From an uncultured Deferribacteres bacterium (GTDB taxonomy: Bacteria; Zhuqueibacterota; Zhuqueibacteria; Zhuqueibacterales; Geothermadaptataceae), in NCBI GenBank assembly GCA_964014485.1, contig CAXHAT010000139.1, positions 1 to 21,544 of the forward strand: 21,544 nt of DNA. Reading direction: 5' to 3'. Shown here piece after piece: positions 7,574 to 14,473 of the stretch (its first letter is position 1; each line of letters begins with the position of its first letter). The translations under genes and the position numbers were made by a program. The notes beneath the pieces were generated by a model, which did not search any database, was not told where the DNA came from, and saw only the letters and a program-made list of their open reading frames with translations.

Positions 7574-10500
7574 TACTTGATCAACAACATTCGTTTTTTT
7601 GCGACAAAATCACCTGCTTGAATCCTGTAGAAATAGAGACCGGTCGCCAGAGACTTGCTTTGGAAGGAAATTTCATAAAAGCCGGGCGCTTGCTGCTCAT
7701 TGACGAGCGTTTTGACCAGCTTGCCCGCGACATTGAAAACTTCCAGTTTGACCTCGACTTTTTCCGGCAGCGCGTAGCGAATGGTCGTTGCCGGATTGAA
7801 CGGGTTGGGATAGTTTTGTGACAGGCTGAATTCCGTTGGCACAGATATTCCATCGTCCGCAACCGAAGTGGGCGTGAGCGTGGCGTAGATTTCGAATTCT
7901 TGAATTTCGTACCCCGTTCCGTCACTTGATTCAGTGCATAGCACGCGCACCGATTTCGCGAGTCGATCCAGACCGGTAATTTCATCCTCGCCGCCGTCGC
8001 CGTTGGTTGCTGAGTGAATCGTGCGGCGAATGCCCGGATTCCAAGCTTGAATTTGATAGCTCGTTGCGTAACGCTCGCCCCATTTCAAAACGATGCGGTT
8101 CAAATACATGCGCTGGTTCAGATTGACGGTGAGCCACTGCTGCCCGCCGGCGCCGGCGACCCAACTCGTGGAAATATTGCCGTCCACCGCCAGATTCGAC
8201 GGTGCATCTTCAGCGCTAGAAGAAGCGTCCGTGGCGCTCAAATAAGCGCGATTGAGCTCGGATTCCGGCACGACTTGAACTTGAATGACGCTGGAATCCG
8301 TCACCGCGCCTTTGGCTGCCAGCGTGTAAGATGTGGTGGAATCGGGCGTCACGACCGAAGAATCCATTTCTCCAACAGAAGCGCCGTCGAGAGTGACTTC
8401 CGAATCACGCGTGGTCTCCCAAAAAAGCGTGCTCGAACCGCCCGAGCCTTCCGCGATTTGCGGCGGAATGGCAACGAAAGACTTGATCACCCCGGAAGGC
8501 AGGACTTCGACGAAAACGGAATCACTGTCCTGAACTTCGCCCTGCGCAGTGACGACGAAATATTGCGATGAATCCGGCGCGACGACCAGTGTATCGTTTA
8601 CGCTAACCGGCGCGCCGTTGAGTGTAACCATTGATCCTTCGGAACTCGTCCAGCGCAAAATTGCAACGTCGCCTTTTTCGAGCACTTCAGGCTCAGCCGT
8701 CAGGGTAAAAACCACGCCCGACGGCGCGGTCGAAATGAAATTCGGCGCGGCCATGTAATCCAGTTCCATGAATCCCCAGAACAGTTCCATTTGTACCGTG
8801 TTGTCGCCTTCGATCAAATCGACGTTCAGCGGCGCTTCCGCCCATTTTTCACCGTCGCCGTCAAAACCCATCGTGGCGACGCGGACGCCGTTGACGTTGA
8901 TGTGTTGCTGTTTGAAGCCGTGAACCGGCTTGAAGCGAAAAGAAATCTCATAAGTCCCGGCAATCGGCACGTTTTCCAAACGCCAGGTCACTGTCCCTGA
9001 TTGCCCGAAATTCAGGTAAGCCCCGCCACTGGCTTCGTCATCGGTGACAACGGTTGGCGAACCTTGTTTGAGGGCGTTTTCCGCTTCATAAATCAAAATC
9101 GGCGGCTCGCCGACGGTGATGCGCACCCGATCCGAAACGCGCTCATGACCCTGGTCGTCCGTCGCGACGGCGGTCAAAGTGTAAAAGTTCGGCGCGATAT
9201 TGCTCCAGGTGATCTCGTACGGCGGAGCGGTCACTTCGCCGATTTTGACCGTGTCCGAGACGAAAAATTCTACCGACACGACCGAACCGTCATTGTCGTT
9301 CGCTTCGGCCTGGATCGTAATTTCCGCGTCTTCGGGGAAAACCGCGTCGTTCTCCGGGCTGACGATCGCCACCGTCGGCCAATCTCCGCCAATCCCGTCG
9401 ACGTCCACGTCTTCGCGGTGATTGTCCCACATCGATTGCATTCCGGCAAGCATGAGAGCGGGCTTGGCGAGCACTTCATCCGTCCACGACCACGGCAGCG
9501 ACCCGGCATAGCCGTTTTGATAAATCGTCTCAAACAAATCTTCCACCTGCACGCCGAAAGTGGTGATCATGTCGAACTCGGCCACGACGATCGGCTTGCC
9601 CAATCCCCAATTTGCCCAGTTCCAATGAAACGGCGACCACGCCGTCCCGGCCCAGGTGTAATAATGCACGGAATAGAAATCCAGCACGCCGAGAGAGTCG
9701 CCGCCCGCCGCGATCAGGTTGGCGTCGGTGTAATAACTTTGATCCGCGCTGTCCGCCGCTTGCTGCATATGTTGCAGAATTTCGTCGGCGGTTAGACTGG
9801 CTCGATATTTTTGTTGAAAACGGGTTTCCAGGTTTTGCTTTTCAAAGGCGCTCAAGCGCTGAAAATCGGTTTCGAGCCTGGCCGAGGCGCTGCTGGTCGG
9901 GACGTTTGAGAGCGTAATGAAACTCCACGCGCCGCTGGTCACGAGTGCGTTTGGCGCGGTTCGGTGAATGGCGCCGGTGGTTCGATTGATAAAACGCTGA
10001 ATGTCCGCCATCGGCACATGCTCCACGAAATTCCAGCCAAATTCATTGCTCATGCCTTCCGGTTCATTGAAAATTTCCCAGGCGAGAACCGCCGGATGAT
10101 CCTTGAACCTTTCGACTATCGGAATTAGCGCGTTGTCAATGTAAGCTTGCAGGTAGGTGGAATCGGTCAGCATGAGCCGGTTGCGATTTTTCACGAGATT
10201 ACTGTTCGTGCCGCGCAGCATGTCGAACGACCAGAGACAAAGTTTGAGGCCAATTTCGCGTTCCCAGGCGAGATCGAAAATTTTTTCCAGGTCATCGAGA
10301 GCACCCTGCCCCGGCCCAATGACAAAATCCGAAGCGTCGAATTCCGGCGTTACCTGGCCGTTGGTGTGCAGCCACCAGCGCAACGCGTTGCCGCCGTGAT
10401 CGTGCATGTCCAGAAGAATGTCGGAGAACTCACCGAATTTCGTCGGCCCCGGCCCGATGTCGCGAGCGAAATCGATCCAGGCGAGGTTTGCGCCGCTGAG

Positions 10501-10608
10501 AAACAATTGTTGATCGTTGTACGAAATGCGGTTTGGCTGTGTAAAAGCCGTTGTGTTGCAAACACAAAGCGCGCTTAAAAAGACGCCGGTTCGGATCAAC
10601 TTTTTCAA
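7573..10608 (-). CDS. Secreted multidomain GH5 (GH5_10-like) endo-beta-1,4-mannanase: GH5 + Ig-like (Big) + CBM35/CBM6-like + two Ig-like repeats + F5/8C (CBM32-like) + C-terminal sorting domain, 1011 aa
   Basis: LFLSGANLAW, GGNALRWWLH..G..TPEF, acid/base WEIFNEPEG (E182), FYSVHYY, nucleophile PIVVAEF (E344), YEAENA, LAVDGNISTSW...QWL.V.L, FSLSQNYPNPFNP...GLYFYRI...KRMLLIK. TTG start after AAGGTG. Confidence 0.88.
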   Translation of the reverse strand: MKKLIRTGVFLSALCVCNTTAFTQPNRISYNDQQLFLSGANLAWIDFARDIGPGPTKFGEFSDILLDMHDHGGNALRWWLHTNGQVTPEFDASDFVIGPGQGALDDLEKIFDLAWEREIGLKLCLWSFDMLRGTNSNLVKNRNRLMLTDSTYLQAYIDNALIPIVERFKDHPAVLAWEIFNEPEGMSNEFGWNFVEHVPMADIQRFINRTTGAIHRTAPNALVTSGAWSFITLSNVPTSSASARLETDFQRLSAFEKQNLETRFQQKYRASLTADEILQHMQQAADSADQSYYTDANLIAAGGDSLGVLDFYSVHYYTWAGTAWSPFHWNWANWGLGKPIVVAEFDMITTFGVQVEDLFETIYQNGYAGSLPWSWTDEVLAKPALMLAGMQSMWDNHREDVDVDGIGGDWPTVAIVSPENDAVFPEDAEITIQAEANDNDGSVVSVEFFVSDTVKIGEVTAPPYEITWSNIAPNFYTLTAVATDDQGHERVSDRVRITVGEPPILIYEAENALKQGSPTVVTDDEASGGAYLNFGQSGTVTWRLENVPIAGTYEISFRFKPVHGFKQQHINVNGVRVATMGFDGDGEKWAEAPLNVDLIEGDNTVQMELFWGFMELDYMAAPNFISTAPSGVVFTLTAEPEVLEKGDVAILRWTSSEGSMVTLNGAPVSVNDTLVVAPDSSQYFVVTAQGEVQDSDSVFVEVLPSGVIKSFVAIPPQIAEGSGGSSTLFWETTRDSEVTLDGASVGEMDSSVVTPDSTTSYTLAAKGAVTDSSVIQVQVVPESELNRAYLSATDASSSAEDAPSNLAVDGNISTSWVAGAGGQQWLTVNLNQRMYLNRIVLKWGERYATSYQIQAWNPGIRRTIHSATNGDGGEDEITGLDRLAKSVRVLCTESSDGTGYEIQEFEIYATLTPTSVADDGISVPTEFSLSQNYPNPFNPATTIRYALPEKVEVKLEVFNVAGKLVKTLVNEQQAPGFYEISFQSKSLATGLYFYRIQAGDFVAKKRMLLIK
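8262..8715 (-). repeat. Two tandem ~75-aa Ig-like repeats within the GH5 protein
   Basis: A.P.....G....L.W.....S.VTL.GA.V...D..VV.PDS......A.G.V.DS occurs twice. Confidence 0.7.
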
Positions 10609-10667
10609 AATACACCTTCTAATGAATGAGTTGCCGGTATTCGCTCTTGTACACAGATTTGTTCGGA

Positions 10668-11021
10668 TTATTCGCGGATCCTTATTCTTTTTTCATCAAC
10701 AATCCATAGTCGCTTTTCCAGCAGTTCCGCCGAGATGACCTTGATCAAACGCTTGAACATCTCGATGACATAATTCTTATCTTGTCGGTCTAACCGGAGC
10801 ACGATCAAACCCGCGAAATTTGAAGGGGGATATGCTCGAATATCAGCAAAGTCAAGGTCGAGCGAAACGATGATACGTTCTTCTTTTTGACAGACGATCG
10901 CAATCTGATCATCCGGCTCGCCGGTCATGCCTTGGTCGTGAATTGTCAGCGCATCATGGTCTTCCTGACGCAGCAATTCCGCAATTTCAATCGGTAGATT
11001 TTCGTCAATTTTGAACTTCAT
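10668..11021 (-). CDS. DUF5615 PIN-like toxin (VapC45-like), 117 aa
   Basis: MKFKIDENLP...LRQEDHDA...DDQI...EERIIVSLDLDF...GLIVLR. Lies 9 nt after the DUF433 gene. Confidence 0.9.
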   Translation of the reverse strand: MKFKIDENLPIEIAELLRQEDHDALTIHDQGMTGEPDDQIAIVCQKEERIIVSLDLDFADIRAYPPSNFAGLIVLRLDRQDKNYVIEMFKRLIKVISAELLEKRLWIVDEKRIRIRE

Positions 11022-11030
11022 AAGAAAGCC

Positions 11031-11320
<290 letters not shown>

Positions 11321-11331
11321 GAACCCATGCT

Positions 11332-12768
11332 TTAAACACGAGTCACGCAACCAGCGATTAAATTGTTCATTGGACTGCATTTCGAGAAATATTTCAATAC
11401 GTAATTTCTTGAGGCCTTGTTTTCATCACGACATCCGGCTGCTGCCGCCCAAGAAAGCCATCCTGAATGACCGTTTTGCAATTGTTCTCTCCTCCATTCG
11501 GGCAGCCCGAACCTGTTCTCGGGAATTTCTAAAATTTTTGCTTTAGAAATATTCGATGCGTTGGGGTGTTTAAAAAATTCCCTAAGCAAGGCCCCATAAT
11601 TCTCCGTATCACCAAGAAATTCTTCCGCAAGTTTAGCTAACCAGAATAGCTGATATTCTGACAAATGAGTCAGATCAACAACACAGTCGTATATACGCGA
11701 ACTTAGCAGGTCTTTGTCGCCAATATCTTTAGCCAAGTAATAAAGCCTTTTAACCAATGCTGGGTAATTTGCAAGTATCGGTTTTAGAACCTGAATTACT
11801 CTATTCGCATCTTTAGCCGAAGCCTTTAGTTGTCGATCTACCTCTCTTTCATTCAGGTTTTCCGATTCAAATGCATTAAAATCAATAATTTTTGCTCTTC
11901 TTATATTTTCACCAGGATCGTCAGAATTTTCGAAGTCACCAAGAGAGAAATCACTTTCAAATCCTTCTCCCTTAGTCAAATCGACGATTTTTGTTTTTGA
12001 TGAATTTAGATTGAGTCCTTTCTGTCCAAGCAGGCGCTGAATTTCGTAGAAATCATTCAAGAGAGTTTCTTTTTGATCAGAGAAAATCACAAAATCGTCC
12101 ATAAATCGATTGATTTTTTCCGATTTTAAACTCACGGAAGAATCGACAAAAGACAAAAATTGCGACCCTAAGATTTTTGCAGGCATGATTCCCTGGGGAA
12201 AACAGTCATTGCTTTTGCCACTATTAATTTGTCGCAGAAATGTGCCAAACTGGGAACTATGTTCTAGGTTTTCACATATTTCGGCGAACCAACCAGTAAT
12301 ATCGTGGTGATAGATACTATTGAAGTATGCTGCTATATCGAATCGAAGGCAATACTTGAACTTTGCTTTCGAGCATATTTCTTGCAATTCTTTTTTAAAA
12401 GCTGCGTAATGACTCTCAATTTTGGCAGGTTTCCATTTTTCCATGTAAAAGCCAAAAACAGTTCTATTCGCACTCCCCGCTTTACCTAAAGACATACCAT
12501 TTTCAAGCACGAGGCGATATATAAAGAATTCAGCAACGGGATCTAATTTGATCGTTCTTCGCAAGTGAAAATTTCTTTTCGGGGCTGTGACCTTTTCTTG
12601 AGGAAGGAAAGTAATCGGTTGTCCAGTTGCGCTATTGTTAAAAATCGCCTTTATATGATTTGTTAATTGATCATACGCATTTTCGATTAGTATTCTATTC
12701 ACATTCAGCGGATATAAAGTACTTTCAAAATCTCCAATATAGAATTGTTGAACCTTGTTTTGCTTCAT
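11332..12768 (-). CDS. Stand-alone reverse transcriptase, DRT5 (UG16)-like defence-associated RT, 478 aa
   Basis: RT motifs PK...LRR...LDP, FDIAAYFNSIYHH (D144), FPQG (190-193), RFMDD (221-225), GLNLNSSKT. N-terminal DF..TL.P and C-terminal AKILEIPENRFGL...WL.WA.A.G...RN..L.YF match my recollection of Drt5 proteins. AT-rich (30-38% GC in two 60-nt lines counted). The RT call is near certain; the DRT5 subtype is less so. Confidence 0.85.
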   Translation of the reverse strand: MKQNKVQQFYIGDFESTLYPLNVNRILIENAYDQLTNHIKAIFNNSATGQPITFLPQEKVTAPKRNFHLRRTIKLDPVAEFFIYRLVLENGMSLGKAGSANRTVFGFYMEKWKPAKIESHYAAFKKELQEICSKAKFKYCLRFDIAAYFNSIYHHDITGWFAEICENLEHSSQFGTFLRQINSGKSNDCFPQGIMPAKILGSQFLSFVDSSVSLKSEKINRFMDDFVIFSDQKETLLNDFYEIQRLLGQKGLNLNSSKTKIVDLTKGEGFESDFSLGDFENSDDPGENIRRAKIIDFNAFESENLNEREVDRQLKASAKDANRVIQVLKPILANYPALVKRLYYLAKDIGDKDLLSSRIYDCVVDLTHLSEYQLFWLAKLAEEFLGDTENYGALLREFFKHPNASNISKAKILEIPENRFGLPEWRREQLQNGHSGWLSWAAAAGCRDENKASRNYVLKYFSKCSPMNNLIAGCVTRV

Positions 12769-12836
12769 AATTTTTTCCAGTAAACGCAGACGGGCTTTCG
12801 ATCTTTAAGCAATCTACAAAAATAAAAACTGACTAT

Positions 12837-13859
12837 TCAAATTGACTCTACAGACACTGCTCTAACAGATTCTCGCTCGATGAGCTTCACCGGGATGACC
12901 GAGGCTGAAAAGCCGTCGAGATTTCTGTGGATCAATTCCCGCAAAGTGCGAACGGCGACGGAACCAAGTTCTTCCTTGTAAACGCGAATTGTGGTCAGTG
13001 GCGGTCTCGACATCGTTGTGAGATGGATGTCGTCAAAACCGATTACGCTCAAATCATCCGGAATTTTTAGATCGAGTTCATAAATGGCTTTGTAGGCTTG
13101 CAAAGCGAGCATGTCGTTGGCCGCGAAAATCGCCGTTGGACGATCCAAGCCTCGCAGGAGCGCTTTTGTCCGTTCATAGCCCAGCTCGGATTCTCCCGTT
13201 GTCACGAATCTCTCTTGCAACGTTAGACCGTGGTAGCTTAGCGCTTTTTTGAAGCCGTTGAACCGTTGCTGAAAACTTCTCTCGCTGAGTTCGCCCGCAA
13301 TAAACCCAATCTCATGGTGGCCTCGCTCAATCAAATGCTGTGTCGCGATGAACGCGCCGTTTTCGTTGTCAATCAAGACTTGCCAGCAATCAGAAAGTGT
13401 GGCGCGCGGATCGACGAGAATATGCGGCACGTTAGCCGCCTGCATGACCTTGACGAATTCTTCATTCCGCGTGCCGACTAAAATCACGCCGTCAACTTGC
13501 CGCTCACGCACCATTTTCGGCAACTCCTGTTTGTTGCGCGCGGGCATGAGGTGCAACACTAAATTATAATTGTTGAAGGCGCTTTCAGCTTCAATGCCTT
13601 CGAGAACGCGCGTCCAGAACGGGTTGGTTGAAAGCGGCTTGTCATCGCGGTGAAAGATAACGCCGATGTTGCCGGTGAATTTGTTTTTCAACGCCTTGCC
13701 AAAAGCGTTCGGGCTGAAATTGTGCTCTTTCGCGATTTTCAAAACCGCTTCCCGCGTTTCTGCGCCAATGTCCGAGCGCCCGTTCAACGCTTTTGAAACC
13801 GTCGAAGGCGCGACATTCGCCAGACGAGCAATATCTTTGATGGTTAACGACTCACGCAT
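12837..13859 (-). CDS. LacI-family transcriptional regulator, 340 aa
   Basis: TIKDIARLANVAPSTVSKALNG HTH, VDGVIL, PTAIFAANDMLA, IPDDLSVIGFDD, PPLTT, LIERES. Start at ATG 13859, 4 nt after the gmhA stop. Confidence 0.95.
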   Translation of the reverse strand: MRESLTIKDIARLANVAPSTVSKALNGRSDIGAETREAVLKIAKEHNFSPNAFGKALKNKFTGNIGVIFHRDDKPLSTNPFWTRVLEGIEAESAFNNYNLVLHLMPARNKQELPKMVRERQVDGVILVGTRNEEFVKVMQAANVPHILVDPRATLSDCWQVLIDNENGAFIATQHLIERGHHEIGFIAGELSERSFQQRFNGFKKALSYHGLTLQERFVTTGESELGYERTKALLRGLDRPTAIFAANDMLALQAYKAIYELDLKIPDDLSVIGFDDIHLTTMSRPPLTTIRVYKEELGSVAVRTLRELIHRNLDGFSASVIPVKLIERESVRAVSVESI

Positions 13860-13863
13860 TTTT

Positions 13864-14463
13864 TTAACCTGCTCTGGATGAATAGTTTTCCGGAAACATG
13901 TCTCGCTCAACAAGCTCAATAAGAACATGCAGCACTTTGATATGCAGTTCCTGCACACGATCCGCAAAAGCGCCGCCGGGCGTGCAAATGCAAATATCCG
14001 CCAGCCGGGCGAGAATCGAGTCTTCGCGGCCAGTCAATACAATCGACGTTGCGCCAAGACGTGCAGCGGCTTCGACGGCCTTCACAATTGAAAGACTGGT
14101 TCCGCTGGTGCTCAAAGCGACGAGCGCATCTCCTGCTTTGGCGTGGCCTTCAAGGTAGCGGGAGAAAACGAATTCATAACCGAAATCGTTCGCAACGCAG
14201 GTTAAATGCCCCGGATCATTGATGACCACCGCCGGAAGCGCCGGACGCTCGTGACGATATTTTCCGGTTAATTCTTCGGCGAAATGCGTCGCGTCGCACA
14301 TCGAGCCGCCGTTGCCGCAGGAATAGACTTTCCCGCCTTTTCGAAACGTTTCGATCAGCATTTGAGCGGCGGCTTCGACGCCTTTGAGCGCTTCTTCATT
14401 CGCCAATAAAGCCGCAAGTGCGTTTTGGGATTCCGTTAAACTTGCTTTTATCGATTCGATCAT
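13864..14463 (-). CDS. gmhA: D-sedoheptulose-7-phosphate isomerase (SIS domain), 199 aa
   Basis: CGNGGSMCDATHFAEELTGKYR.ERP.LPA, NDFGYEFVFSRY, STSGTS, ADRVQELHIKVLH. Start set at ATG 14463. Confidence 0.85.
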   Translation of the reverse strand: MIESIKASLTESQNALAALLANEEALKGVEAAAQMLIETFRKGGKVYSCGNGGSMCDATHFAEELTGKYRHERPALPAVVINDPGHLTCVANDFGYEFVFSRYLEGHAKAGDALVALSTSGTSLSIVKAVEAAARLGATSIVLTGREDSILARLADICICTPGGAFADRVQELHIKVLHVLIELVERDMFPENYSSRAG

Positions 14464-14473
14464 GACTTTCCGG

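Noticed and set aside
10617..10667. attC-like look after the toxin (TCCGAAC...ATTAGAA on the minus strand), suggesting integron cassettes
   Set aside because: About 51 nt, R boxes off-consensus, no complementary L boxes, no second attC and no integrase.
11332..12768. RT as group II intron, retron, DGR or CRISPR-associated RT
   Set aside because: No YADD/maturase or intron RNA space, no retron VTG motif or msr-msd room, no TR/VR repeat pair or avd, no cas1 or array.
13860..13967. Longer ORF-track starts for lacI (13967), and likewise gmhA (14640), DUF433 (11303), VOC (2220) and the secreted protein (4216)
   Set aside because: The extensions overlap neighbours or lack an SD. Family N-termini begin at the internal ATGs used.
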